Shown piece after piece: positions 1-10,283 of a stretch of DNA of 64,000 nt. The notes under the pieces were generated by a model. That model ran no database searches, had not been told where the DNA came from, and saw nothing but the letters and a program-made list of their open reading frames with translations. Position numbers and translations under genes: made by a program. The stretch is from an uncultured Desulfatibacillum sp. (GTDB lineage: Bacteria > Desulfobacterota > Desulfobacteria > Desulfobacterales > SpSt-501). The stretch lies in NCBI GenBank assembly GCA_964573635.1, contig CAZNKG010000007.1, forward strand, positions 15,993 to 79,992, in the 5' to 3' direction. Position 1 is the first letter of the stretch. Each line of letters starts with the position of its first letter.

Positions 1-270
1 TTCATAGGCGAGGAACTGCCAGGTGCACCCCCCGCAGCGTCCGAAGTAGGGGCACGGCGCGGCGACCCGGTCGGCCGACGGCGAGCGGATCTCCACCAGG
101 CGGGCCTCGGCGTAGTTCCGGCGCCGCCGGACCACCCGGATGAGCGCCCGATCCCCCGGGACGACCCCGTCGATGAAAATCGCAAGCCCCTCCCGGCGCG
201 CGATGCCCCGCCCCCCGAAGGCGAGGCCCGTCACGTCGATTTCGAAGGGGGGCGCGGCGGCTTTCTTCAT
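1..270 (-). CDS. 23S rRNA (uracil-5-)-methyltransferase RlmD/RumA family, N-terminal fragment (TRAM domain plus Fe-S Cys cluster); continues beyond the window edge
   Basis: Absent from the ORF track because it has no stop inside the window. My reverse-strand translation from the ATG at 270-268 reads MKKAAAPPFEIDVTGLAFGGRGIARREGLAIFIDGVVPGDRALIRVVRRRRNYAEARLVEIRSPSADRVAAPCPYFGRCGGCTWQ. This is a TRAM-like barrel followed by the CPxFxxCGGC motif typical of RumA-type methyltransferases. The ATG overlaps the TGA stop of the upstream amidohydrolase (ATGA). Confidence 0.6.
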   Translation of the reverse strand, partial: MKKAAAPPFEIDVTGLAFGGRGIARREGLAIFIDGVVPGDRALIRVVRRRRNYAEARLVEIRSPSADRVAAPCPYFGRCGGCTWQFLAYE

Positions 271-1583
271 GCGGCGGCCTCGCGATCGGCGGTCCGGCCG
301 GAGCCATCTCCGGGCGGCGGCCCGGGCTCGCCGCATGGGGGCCAGGGCGCCCACCTGCCGGCGACGACCACGGCTCGGAGGCGCGCGAGGGACTCCGGCA
401 ATCCATCGGGCGGGCCCGGCACGGCGATAAACGAGGCCGTGCGCCCCGCGGCGAGCTCGCCGCCGTCGAGCCCGAGCAGCCGCGCCCCGTTGCGGCTCGC
501 GCAGGCGACCGCCTCCTCCACGCGGAAGCCGGCCTGCATGAAGAGGCGCAGCTCCACGCCGAGCGCCGGGCCGTGCGCCACCCCGGGGCTTCCGGCGTCG
601 GTCCCGGCGGCCACCGCGACACCGATGGCGCGCGCCAGCCGCAGCTGCTCGAGCTGGTGCTCGAGCGTGCGGCGGGCGACGTCCGCCGGCTGCCCGGCGG
701 CGGCGAGCGCCTCGGCATAGGCGTGCATGGTGACCGCCGTGGGGACCCAAAAGACGCCCCGCGCCGCCATGCGCTCCAGGTTCTCCCGCCCCATGAAGAA
801 CCCGTGCTCGATCGACAGGCAGCCGGCTTCGACCGCCGCGCGCACGGGCTCGCGCCCGTTGGCGTGCACCATGAGGCCGAGCCCCCGACGCCGCGCGGCG
901 GCGCAGGCGGCGGCGATCTCCACCGCGTCGAACTGGGGCGCCGTCTGCCGGCCGTAGACGGTCAAGCTGTTCAACCCGGATTGGACGACCTTGAGGAAGT
1001 CGACGCGTTTCACGTTTGCGGCGAGCTCCGCCAGGCTGCGCCCCGCCGGCAGGGCCCGCCCGATCAAGCTCCCGTAGCGCCCCGGGCGGTGCCAGGCCGG
1101 CCCTCCGCTGCTGACGGCGACCGGCGGCAGTCCGGCCGCCCGCGCGTCGGGGCCGCAGCGGAAGCGCCGGGCGATGCCGCCGCGGTCGCCGCCGTCGCGC
1201 ACGGCCAGGACGCCGGCGGCAAAATGCCGCCTCAGGTGCGCGGCCACCGCCGCGGCAAGCTCCGCCCTTCCGGCCCGCAGCTGCCGGAGGCGCCGCTGCG
1301 GATCGAGGGTCCCCGACAGGCATAAATGCACATGGCCGTCGACCAGCCCCGGCAGGATCGTGCAGCCGCTCAGGTCGACGCAGCCGCTGCCCGCTCCGGC
1401 CCCTTCGGCCGGGCGGCGCGTTCCGAGGGCCCGGATGCGCCCCCCCTCGATCTCGAGGCGCACCCCCGGCTGCGCCGGGCGGCCGCTGCCGTCGATCAGC
1501 CAGCCGGCCTCGACCGTGAGCGCACCGGCGGCGGCGGCCCGGGGGCCGGTCCGGTTCCCGGCCTGGTCTTGGACATTTCCCAT
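267..1583 (-). CDS. metal-dependent amidohydrolase family protein
   Basis: ORF 267..1691 (-). It carries the amidohydrolase signature PGLVDGHVHL plus downstream MVHANG and GTDAGSPGVAHG motifs. I prefer the ATG at 1583 (MGNVQDQ...) because the track start at 1691 is a TTG encoding an Arg-rich leader. The start is uncertain. Confidence 0.75.
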   Translation of the reverse strand: MGNVQDQAGNRTGPRAAAAGALTVEAGWLIDGSGRPAQPGVRLEIEGGRIRALGTRRPAEGAGAGSGCVDLSGCTILPGLVDGHVHLCLSGTLDPQRRLRQLRAGRAELAAAVAAHLRRHFAAGVLAVRDGGDRGGIARRFRCGPDARAAGLPPVAVSSGGPAWHRPGRYGSLIGRALPAGRSLAELAANVKRVDFLKVVQSGLNSLTVYGRQTAPQFDAVEIAAACAAARRRGLGLMVHANGREPVRAAVEAGCLSIEHGFFMGRENLERMAARGVFWVPTAVTMHAYAEALAAAGQPADVARRTLEHQLEQLRLARAIGVAVAAGTDAGSPGVAHGPALGVELRLFMQAGFRVEEAVACASRNGARLLGLDGGELAAGRTASFIAVPGPPDGLPESLARLRAVVVAGRWAPWPPCGEPGPPPGDGSGRTADREAAA

Positions 1584-1726
1584 TTGATTGCTATAGTAGC
1601 CTCGAAGCGCCGGTCTCAACCGCCGGCGCGCGGTGCGCCGGACGGATGCGCGCCGCTTGCGATTGTAGACGGGCGACTTGATGTAGATCAATGCCGGCGA
1701 CGGCTGTTTCGAGATAAAACCACTCC

Positions 1727-2305
1727 ATGCCTCACCGCCTCCAGAACCCGGACGCCAAGCCGATCACCTCGCAGGCGATGGACCAAGCCTTCGCCGCCGA
1801 GGTGGCCCGCCGTTCGGGGACGAACCTCAATCTGTGCTGGCACTGCCGCACCTGCGCGAGCGGCTGCCCTTTCTCCCAGGCGATGGACCTCTTTCCGAAC
1901 GAAGTGATCCGCCTGGTGCAGCTCGGCCAGAAGCGGGAGGCGCTCGAGTGCGGCGGGATCTGGATCTGCGTGGGCTGCAACACCTGCTCGATCCAGTGCC
2001 CGAACGCCATCGACATCCCGGCAGTGAACGATGCGCTGCGCCACATGGCCCTCGAGGAGGGCCGCACCGTGGCCGAGCCCGACATTCTCAAGTTCCACCG
2101 CGAGGTCGTCGACTCCATCAAGCGCTACGGCCGCACCCACAAGCTCGAGATCATGGTGCGCTTCAAGCTGAAGAAGCGCGACTGGCTGAACGACCTGTCG
2201 ATCGGCTGGAAGCTCCTCTCCCGCGGCAAGCTCGAGTTCCTGCCGTCCAAAATCAAGGACCTGAAAGCCGTCCGCCGGATCCTGCTGCGGCGGCGGCGGA
2301 GGTGA
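1727..2305 (+). CDS. HdrC-like 4Fe-4S dicluster protein (heterodisulfide reductase subunit C family)
   Basis: Two ferredoxin-type motifs, CWHCRTCASGCP and CVGCNTCSIQCP. The size (192 aa) and position directly upstream of an HdrB-like CCG protein fit the family. Confidence 0.75.
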   Translation: MPHRLQNPDAKPITSQAMDQAFAAEVARRSGTNLNLCWHCRTCASGCPFSQAMDLFPNEVIRLVQLGQKREALECGGIWICVGCNTCSIQCPNAIDIPAVNDALRHMALEEGRTVAEPDILKFHREVVDSIKRYGRTHKLEIMVRFKLKKRDWLNDLSIGWKLLSRGKLEFLPSKIKDLKAVRRILLRRRRR

Positions 2306-2309
2306 CCCG

Positions 2310-3173
2310 ATGCCGGATTCCGGCCCCGTCACGCTGAGCTACTTTCCCGGCTGTTCGCTCGCGACCACCGCCCGCGAAAACAACGCCTCCCTCACGGCCT
2401 TCCTGGAGCGGCTCGGCATCGAGCTGGTCGAGCTGGAGGACTGGAACTGCTGCGGAAGCTCCTCGCTCCACAGCCTGGACGCCGAGGCGGCCTTCCTGCT
2501 GCCCGCCCGCAACCTCTCGCTCGCGCCGGCCGGCCGGCCGCTGCTGATCGCCTGCCCGAGCTGCATGCTGCGCATGCGCCAGGCGCAGCTGCGCCTGGCG
2601 GCCGACCCCGATGCGCGGGCGCGCTACCGCGAGCATTTCGGGCGCGAGGCGGACCTCGACCTGGAGGTCGTCCACTTCTTCGAGGTCATCGAGCGCAGCG
2701 CGCCGCGGCTCGTCTCCACCCTCGGACCGGAGCCGCTCAAGGGCGTGCGCTTCGCGCCCTACTACGGCTGCATGCTGGCGCGGCCGCCGTCCATGCGCCA
2801 CGAAAAAAACTACCACGGCCTGCTCGAGCGGATCCTGACGCGCCTGGGCGCCGCCGTGGTCGCCTGGCCTTTCGCCGCGCGCTGCTGCGGGACCTTTCTC
2901 ACCGCCGCGCGGCCGGAAGTGGTCATCCCGCTCGTCAACCGCATCGTCGACGGCGCGCGCGCCGCGGGGGCCAACTGCATCGTGACCGCCTGCGCCATGT
3001 GCCACATGAACCTCGAATCCCGCTGCACGAGCCGCCGCCCCGTGCCGGTGCTGCATTTCTCCGAGGCGCTGGCGCTGGCCATGGGGGTCGACAACGGCGC
3101 GGTCGCGGCCTGGCTCGCGCGCCATCTGATCGATCCCCGGCCGCTGTTCAAGGAGCTCAACCTGATCGCCTGA
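2310..3173 (+). CDS. HdrB-like CCG-domain protein (heterodisulfide reductase subunit B family)
   Basis: Begins SYFPGCSL and carries two Cys-rich CCG-type motifs, DWNCCGSS and FAARCCGTF, plus CIVTACAMCHMNLE. It starts 4 nt after the HdrC-like stop. Confidence 0.75.
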   Translation: MPDSGPVTLSYFPGCSLATTARENNASLTAFLERLGIELVELEDWNCCGSSSLHSLDAEAAFLLPARNLSLAPAGRPLLIACPSCMLRMRQAQLRLAADPDARARYREHFGREADLDLEVVHFFEVIERSAPRLVSTLGPEPLKGVRFAPYYGCMLARPPSMRHEKNYHGLLERILTRLGAAVVAWPFAARCCGTFLTAARPEVVIPLVNRIVDGARAAGANCIVTACAMCHMNLESRCTSRRPVPVLHFSEALALAMGVDNGAVAAWLARHLIDPRPLFKELNLIA

Positions 3174-4047
3174 CGGGGCCGGTTGCCGCCCGGCTCATGG
3201 GCGCAGGCAGGTGCCGGTCGATAAACCCCCGCACGGCGCCGGGGTAGCCCGGGTCCAGGCTGGAATCGCTGTGGCCGGCATCCGGGGCGATGAAGAGCTC
3301 GCAGCGCCCGGGCGGAAAGGCCTGCTGCAGGCGCTTGGCGAAGGCGAGCGGGAAGCGCCGGTCGCGGGCCCCGTGGATCAGCAACACCGGGGCGCGGATC
3401 GCCGGGGCGAGCACGGCGGGGCTGATGCGCTTCAGGCCGCCGCGGTACCAGACGTTCATCCAAAAGATGATCATCGGCCCGAACGCGAACCCGAAGAAGC
3501 GGTTGAACCAACGGTAGAGGCTCCGGAGCGCCTCCTCCGTGTCGGCGTAGGCCGCCTCCAGCAAGAGCAGCCGCACCCGCTCCGGCCGCCGTGCGGCGGC
3601 GATCGCCGCCGCGGCGGCGCCCGCCGAATGGCCGTAGAGCAGCACCGGCTCCCCGACCCAATCCATGACCGCCTCGATGTCTTCGGCCATTTTGACGGCG
3701 TTCATCATGCGGCAGCGGCTGGAGTTGCCGTGGTCGCGCGCGCTGTGGATCACCGCGGTGAACCCCATGCCCCCGAAGATCCTCGCCCGGCGAACCATCC
3801 GGTCCCGGTTGCGCCCCCAGCCATGCGCGAGCAGGACGACGCCGCGCGGCACGGCGGGCGGATCGATCCGCCAGACCTCCAGCCTTCCCCCGCCGCGGGC
3901 GGGAATGAAGGTATCGGTGACGCGGCCCCAGTCCGGCGGGTCGTGAACCGGCCGGCGCGGCAGCTCCTGGGCGAGAAAGGCGAAGAGGATCGACAGCAGG
4001 AGGTAGGCGAGCGCCCCGCCTGCGATCAGCATGGCGAGCGTCAGCAT
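3157..4047 (-). CDS. alpha/beta-fold hydrolase with N-terminal membrane anchor
   Basis: N-terminal hydrophobic helix (LTLAMLIAGGALAYLLLSILFAFLA), an HGWG oxyanion motif, a GHSAGAAAA nucleophile elbow, and C-terminal LIHGARD and GH motifs. Confidence 0.7.
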   Translation of the reverse strand: MLTLAMLIAGGALAYLLLSILFAFLAQELPRRPVHDPPDWGRVTDTFIPARGGGRLEVWRIDPPAVPRGVVLLAHGWGRNRDRMVRRARIFGGMGFTAVIHSARDHGNSSRCRMMNAVKMAEDIEAVMDWVGEPVLLYGHSAGAAAAAIAAARRPERVRLLLLEAAYADTEEALRSLYRWFNRFFGFAFGPMIIFWMNVWYRGGLKRISPAVLAPAIRAPVLLIHGARDRRFPLAFAKRLQQAFPPGRCELFIAPDAGHSDSSLDPGYPGAVRGFIDRHLPAPMSRAATGPVRRSG

Positions 4048-4068
4048 GCGTCCTCCGCCGCCGCGCCG

Positions 4069-5328
4069 TTACCGCTGGGGCAGCCCAAGCAATTCCCTCC
4101 TCAAGAGATCGAGCGCCTGCATCGCGAAGAGCCGCTTGGCCGCGGAGCGGTCGGCGGGGCGAAGCCCGAGGCGCCGGCCCCATGCGCCGCCGGGGGAGGC
4201 GAGCCCGATGCAGAGCGTGCCGACCGGCTTGTCGGGCGACCCCCCGCCGGGCCCGGCGATCCCGCTGGTGGCGACCGCATGGGTCGCCTCGCCGAGGCGT
4301 TTTACGCCCGCGGCCATTTCACGCGCGGTTTCGGGGGAGACGGCCCCGAAGCGGGCGATCGTCTCCGCAGGCACCGCGAGCAGCCTCGTCTTGGCCGCGT
4401 TCGCATAGGCGACCACCGACAGGCGGAAGTAATCGGAGCTTCCGGGGACCTCGGTCAGCTCGTGCGCGATCAGCCCCCCGGTGCAGCTCTCCGCCACAGC
4501 GAGCGAAGCGCCCCGTTCCCGCAGCAGACGGCCGACGGCGGCCGCCATCGTCTCGCCGGCATCCGAAAAGACGAGGTCGCCCAGCCGCTCCGCGCTCCAG
4601 GCGGCGGCTTCCGCCAGCCGGCGCGCGAGCGCCGGCGGGTCGGGGGCGGCGGCGCTGAGCGTGATCTGGATCTCGGGAAAGTCCGCCCGCAATCCCAGCC
4701 GGACCGACGGAAAGCGCGCCGCGAGCCCGGCGAGCCGCTCGTCGGCAAGCGACTCGGTGATCCCGAAACAGCGCAGCGTGCGCCGGCCGAGGAAAACCCG
4801 CCCGCCGCCGAGCGCGGCGCCGACCCGCGGCAGCACGTGCTCATCGAGCAGCACGCGCATTTCGCGCGGAACGCCCGGCAGGAAAAAGAACCGGCAGCGG
4901 CCGATCGTCCGGACGAACCCCGGCGCGGTGCCGACGCGGTTGACGAGGGGTTCGGCGGAGGCCGGAAGCAGCGCCTGCCGGCGCGCCGAGGCGGGCATGG
5001 GGCGGCCCTGGGTGCGATAGAAGTCCTCGATCGACTCGAGCGCCGCGGGGCTCAACTCCAGCCCGCAGCCGGCCGCCGCGGCCGCCGCCGCCGCGGTGAG
5101 GTCATCCACCGTGGGCCCGAGGCCCCCGGTGACGACGGCGATCTCCGACCGGCCGCCGATTTCGCGCATCACCGCGGCGAGCTCCGCCGCATCGTCGCCG
5201 ACGGCGTGGATCCGCGCGACCGTCGCCCCGGCCTCCTCGAGGCGCCGGGCGATATGGGCCGAGTTGGAATCCACCAGTGCGCCCGAGCGGATCTCTTCGC
5301 CGGTCGCCAGGATCTCTGCACGCATCAT
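4069..5328 (-). CDS. cinA: CinA-family competence/damage-inducible protein (MoCF-binding domain plus PncC-type NMN amidohydrolase domain)
   Basis: The N-terminus AEILATGEEIRSGALVDSNSAHIARRLEEAG and the GGLGPTVDD motif are typical of CinA. The C-terminal half (AVAESCTGGLIAHELTEVPGSSDYF) is the CinA/PncC deamidase signature. Confidence 0.85.
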   Translation of the reverse strand: MMRAEILATGEEIRSGALVDSNSAHIARRLEEAGATVARIHAVGDDAAELAAVMREIGGRSEIAVVTGGLGPTVDDLTAAAAAAAAGCGLELSPAALESIEDFYRTQGRPMPASARRQALLPASAEPLVNRVGTAPGFVRTIGRCRFFFLPGVPREMRVLLDEHVLPRVGAALGGGRVFLGRRTLRCFGITESLADERLAGLAARFPSVRLGLRADFPEIQITLSAAAPDPPALARRLAEAAAWSAERLGDLVFSDAGETMAAAVGRLLRERGASLAVAESCTGGLIAHELTEVPGSSDYFRLSVVAYANAAKTRLLAVPAETIARFGAVSPETAREMAAGVKRLGEATHAVATSGIAGPGGGSPDKPVGTLCIGLASPGGAWGRRLGLRPADRSAAKRLFAMQALDLLRRELLGLPQR

Positions 5329-5361
5329 CGAACCGTAGCCGTTCGCCCCCCTCGGCTCCGC

Positions 5362-6240
5362 TCAGCCCGGAGGCTGCAGGACGAACATCGCCGGCGACAC
5401 CGGCACATCGGCCCAGTAGTTCTCCACCACGAGCAGCGCCTCGGTGCCTTCGCCGTTCAAGACCGTCAAGCGCTGCGGCACGCGGTATGGGCCGACCCGC
5501 TGCATCTCGACGAAATCGGCCCGATACCGCAGGCCGCCGCCGGAGTCGTAGAGCTCCGTGAACCGGGCCGTGTCGCGGTCCGCGTCGAAGTGGATGCGCT
5601 GGCGCGGGCGGCCGGCCTCCGACAGCGCGAGCACCCGCCCGCCCCCGCCGGGATGGGCGGGGTCGAGCCGAACGGCGCGGTGCTCGGCGAGCGGCACCCG
5701 GCCGCAGAGCAAGGTCACGATCTCGCCGACGCGGATCGGTATGGCGAGAAGCCGCTTCAGGTCGGGGTCGGCGGTGCGGTAGCGCTGGACGGGGTTGGCG
5801 GGGTCCTGGGGATCCTGGACATACAGGAATTCGCCGTCGGTCGCCATCCGCAGCGCCGGAAAACCCGCGGCGGTGAGCACGATGCTGAGCCGGCGCGGGT
5901 CCTCGCCGACCCAGGCGATTCGTCCGTCGAGCTGGAGCCGGCCCCCCTGGCGAACCGTGAGCCGCCCGATCCCCTTGAAGCTGCGCAGCGGGTCGTTCGC
6001 CCGCCGCAGCCCCTCGAGCAGCGCCAGCGCCTCGGGCGTCGCGGCGTCCCGTTCCGCTTCCGGCGGCGGCCCCGTCTCCGGACCGGGCAGGTGGGCGCAC
6101 CCGGCCGCGGCGAAAACCGCCGCCGCCAGCGCCGCACGGACCAATCGCCCCGCCGCGCGGCCCGCCGCGCCCCGCCGTCTGCGCCCGTCCATCGGCATTC
6201 CCCTTTGCGGCCGCCGCCGCCCGTCGCTTGAGAAAGCCAT
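5362..6240 (-). CDS. LolB-like / DUF4292-type outer-membrane lipoprotein
   Basis: Signal peptide with lipobox (AVFAAAGC). The body resembles LolB/DUF4292 proteins, which commonly sit next to TPR lipoproteins. The ATG at 6240 shares one base with the TGA of the upstream TPR gene (TGATG). Internal Met starts at 6198 or 6192 are possible. Confidence 0.55.
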   Translation of the reverse strand: MAFSSDGRRRPQRGMPMDGRRRRGAAGRAAGRLVRAALAAAVFAAAGCAHLPGPETGPPPEAERDAATPEALALLEGLRRANDPLRSFKGIGRLTVRQGGRLQLDGRIAWVGEDPRRLSIVLTAAGFPALRMATDGEFLYVQDPQDPANPVQRYRTADPDLKRLLAIPIRVGEIVTLLCGRVPLAEHRAVRLDPAHPGGGGRVLALSEAGRPRQRIHFDADRDTARFTELYDSGGGLRYRADFVEMQRVGPYRVPQRLTVLNGEGTEALLVVENYWADVPVSPAMFVLQPPG

Positions 6241-7997
6241 CAGCGCCGTCCGCTCAGGCCGCGGATCTTTTCCCGAAGCGCCGCCGCCTCCTTCGCCTTG
6301 GCGGGGTCCTTCGCCTTCTTGGAAAGCGCCCGTTGGTAGTACGTCATCGCCTTGGCCTTGTCATGCAGCCGAAGGTAGGTGTCGCCGATGTGCTCGAGGA
6401 TCGTCGGGTCGTCCGGCACCAGCGCGGCGGCTTTCTTGAGAAAGTGCAGCGCCCGGCGGAAATCGCCCTTCTGGTGGTACACCCATCCCAGGCTGTCGGT
6501 GATGTACCCGTCGTCGGGCTTCAGCTCCAGGGCCTTCCGGATGAGCTGCTCGGCCTCGTCGAGGTTCTCGCCGAGCTCGGCGTAAGTGTAGCCGATGTAG
6601 TTGAGCGCGCTCGCGTTCTGCGGGTCCACCTCCAGGACGCGTCGCATCGCCTCGATGGAGGCCGCCTTGTCTCCGCGCTTGTCGAGAATGACGCCCAGCC
6701 GAAACAGGAAGCGCGAGTTCCGCGGGTCTTTTTCGAGCGCCTGGCGCAGGGCGCCTTCGGCCTCCTCCAGCCGGCCGGCCTCTTCGTAAATCGTGGCCGT
6801 GTAGAATTTCAGGTCCAGGTTTTCGGGGTTGCGCCGCAGCGCGTCGGCGAGCGTCGCCACGGCCGCGTCGGTCTGCCCCTGCTCCTGGAGGATGATCGCC
6901 GTGTGGACGAGGGCGTCCTGGTGGAAGCGCGACTCGGGGGTCACCCGCCGGAACTCCGGCAGCGCCTCGCCGTACTTCTTGAGGCCGAAGAGCGAAAACC
7001 CCTTGAGGTGGTGCAGGTCGGGGCTCTCCGGGGCGCCGAGCAAAAGGCCCTGGATGAGGAAGAGCGCCTCGTCGAAGCGTTTCGGATCGACATAGCCCTG
7101 CACGAGCTGCAGGATGACCTCGAACTCGGTGAGGCTCCTGCCCCCCAGCCGGCGCAGGATCGCCTCGGCCTCGGCCCGGCCGCCATCCTGCCGGTGGTAC
7201 AGCGCGAGGGCGAGAAGCGCCCGGCTGTTGTCCGGATCGCGCGCCAGGATCTCCTGGCAGAGGCGCTGCACTTCCAGGCTTTTCCGGCGGCCCTGGCTCT
7301 GGGCGATGCGCAGCAGCTCGAACAGCGGGTCGACCCCCTCCGGATCGAGCTCGGCGGCCCGGCGCAGCGCCTGCACGGCGGCTTCGGTCCGCCCGCGCGC
7401 GAGATGCACGCGCCCCAGCATGAAATGCGCCTCGTAGGCGCCGGGAAAGCGCTCGATCATCCCCTTGAGCACCCGCTCGGCGCTTTGGGGGTCCTTGGCG
7501 TCCAGGTAGAGCCCGGCCAGGACGGGATAGATTTTCTCGTCGTCGGGGTTGAGGCGGATCGCCCGCTCAAACCCCTGGATGGCCTTCGCGGTTTCGCGGC
7601 GCATCTGCCGGATGCTGCCGTAGAGCACCCATCCGGCGGCATCGTCCGGGTGTTCGGCGAGCAGCTCTTCGACCACGGCGAGCGCGTTTTCCTCCTCCTT
7701 GTTCTGGAGGAACACCCCGGCCAGCTCGCGCTTGAGATAGGCCGAATCGGGGTCGAGCTGGATGGCCCGGCGCAGCAGCATAATCGACTGATCGAACCGA
7801 CCGGCCCGCCGCTCGCGCTGCGCGGAGAGAAACAGAAACGCCGCGTTTTCGGGGAGTTCCAGGGCGGCGGACGGCGCGGCGGCTGCGGCGGGCGCCGGCG
7901 CCGGCGGCCCGATCGGCGGAGGCTCCACGGGGGGATGGCCGGCGCAACCGGCCATCCAGGCCGCGGCGGCGGCCGCAATGCATCGAAGAAATCTCAT
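6240..7997 (-). CDS. TPR-repeat lipoprotein
   Basis: ORF 6240..8108 (-). Multiple canonical TPR units (for example ALNYIGYTYAELGENLDEAEQLIRKALELKPDD). I place the start at the ATG at 7997 (MRFLRCIAAAAAAWMAGC, a signal peptide plus lipobox), which avoids overlap with the sigma-factor gene. Confidence 0.8.
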   Translation of the reverse strand: MRFLRCIAAAAAAWMAGCAGHPPVEPPPIGPPAPAPAAAAAPSAALELPENAAFLFLSAQRERRAGRFDQSIMLLRRAIQLDPDSAYLKRELAGVFLQNKEEENALAVVEELLAEHPDDAAGWVLYGSIRQMRRETAKAIQGFERAIRLNPDDEKIYPVLAGLYLDAKDPQSAERVLKGMIERFPGAYEAHFMLGRVHLARGRTEAAVQALRRAAELDPEGVDPLFELLRIAQSQGRRKSLEVQRLCQEILARDPDNSRALLALALYHRQDGGRAEAEAILRRLGGRSLTEFEVILQLVQGYVDPKRFDEALFLIQGLLLGAPESPDLHHLKGFSLFGLKKYGEALPEFRRVTPESRFHQDALVHTAIILQEQGQTDAAVATLADALRRNPENLDLKFYTATIYEEAGRLEEAEGALRQALEKDPRNSRFLFRLGVILDKRGDKAASIEAMRRVLEVDPQNASALNYIGYTYAELGENLDEAEQLIRKALELKPDDGYITDSLGWVYHQKGDFRRALHFLKKAAALVPDDPTILEHIGDTYLRLHDKAKAMTYYQRALSKKAKDPAKAKEAAALREKIRGLSGRR

Positions 7998-8091
7998 CCC
8001 TCGAGATCCTGGCATGGGGAAAAGCGTTGCGGATCGGCTGATCCGCGGCGCCGGCGCCTGGGGCAGCGGCCGCCGCGCGGACGCGCCCGGG

Positions 8092-9198
<1,107 letters not shown>

Positions 9199-9278
9199 GG
9201 CGAGGCCACCTGGTTGCATGAAACCCGGCGCAAAAAGGTGATGACAGCACCGCGGTCATGTGATAGCAATCGCAGCCG

Positions 9279-9352
<74 letters not shown>

Positions 9353-9593
9353 CCGCCGACGACCGGGGATCGCACCGCAGACAGCCGCAGGCCCGGTGCG
9401 TCAATTTCGACCGCCGGGCGGAAGACCGCCTGCGAAGGGTCTACTATACATCAACCGCCGCAAATAGCAAATGCTATTTGCTTTCCGCATGTCCGTTCAC
9501 GGACGGCGGCGCTGCAACCGGCAGGGCTCCGCCCGGTGCGCGTTCCGCACGGCGTCAATTCCTCATCGATGGGGCGGCCGCGGGAGGAAACCG

Positions 9594-9791
9594 ATGGCTT
9601 ATCTGGTTCAGCTGATCAAAGTGCTCTCGGTCCTGGCCGGGGCCGTCCTGCTGGGGCAGTGGTTCCTCGCCGAAGTGAAAAAGGCCCGCCGGCATAACCT
9701 CCCCTGGTTCCGCGCGTACTTGACCCCCCCCGGGCTCCTGGTCATGGCCGCGCTGCTGCTGCCGCTCGCTTACTGGCTCTGGCGACGCTGA
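9594..9791 (+). CDS. small membrane protein, 65 aa (hypothetical)
   Basis: GGGAGG Shine-Dalgarno at 9582-9587, 6 nt upstream of the ATG. Two hydrophobic helices (LIKVLSVLAGAVLLGQWFL and GLLVMAALLLPLAYWLW). Codon use is GC3-rich. The track ORF 9471..9791 has an implausible Arg-rich leader. Confidence 0.45.
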   Translation: MAYLVQLIKVLSVLAGAVLLGQWFLAEVKKARRHNLPWFRAYLTPPGLLVMAALLLPLAYWLWRR

Positions 9792-10283
9792 CGGCGCACG
9801 GCGGCGTGCATCCAGCCCGCAGAGCAGCATGAACGGCGCGGCGACCGCCGCATCCAGCAGGAAGCCCGCGGCCATCAGAAGCAGCGTGGCCGCCAGCTTG
9901 AGCAAGCGCATGCCCGTGCGTCGCAAGGCGTTTCGTCTCCCCCCGTGCGCGCTTTCCCGGCCCGACCATCCGAACCGCGACCCCGCCCGGCGGCCGCTGG
10001 TTTAACAAAATTTCCGACCGGAATCAACCCGTTCGGCCGGCCGCGGGAAAACGAGCATCCGGCCGCCGGGAACGCCGCGCGGCGATTGGCAGGCGCCGCA
10101 TATTCAATAAGGATGGGAGTACGGTTGGGAGCCGCGCAACGCCGGATCACAACCTCGAGACGCCGTGCATCCACCGCCTGTCGGGCGCCGATGACCGTGC
10201 GGATACCGGGCCCGCATTCAAGATTCCCAGCCCCCCGGGCGATAATCATTTGCGGATAAGGGTGTTGTTCACCAGGAGGGGCC

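Noticed and set aside
3211-6231. Very long ORFs in the track, for example 3211..6231 (+, 1006 aa), 50048..54238 (-, 1396 aa), 23519..26680 (-, 1053 aa), 11399..13822 (-, 807 aa) and 20588..22654 (-, 688 aa).
   Set aside because: They run antisense or out of frame to genes with clear family signatures. Their translations are Arg/Gly/Pro/Ala-rich low-complexity sequence with no motifs. They are the expected stop-codon-poor shadow frames of very GC-rich DNA.
9555-9926. A minus-strand ORF whose first 35 or so residues (MRLLKLAATLLLMAAGFLLDAAVAAPFMLLCGL, from 9911) look like a TM helix with GC3-rich codons.
   Set aside because: The rest of the ORF is antisense to the better-supported small membrane gene (9594-9791, which has a strong SD) and translates to junk. 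It has no SD of its own. A tiny membrane peptide cannot be excluded but is not supportable from sequence alone.
10087-10100. A sigma-54-like element, TGGCAG...GCA, upstream of the HEAT-protein gene.
   Set aside because: The spacing between the GG and GC dinucleotides is 8 nt rather than the required 10, and the -12 element does not fit TTGCW.
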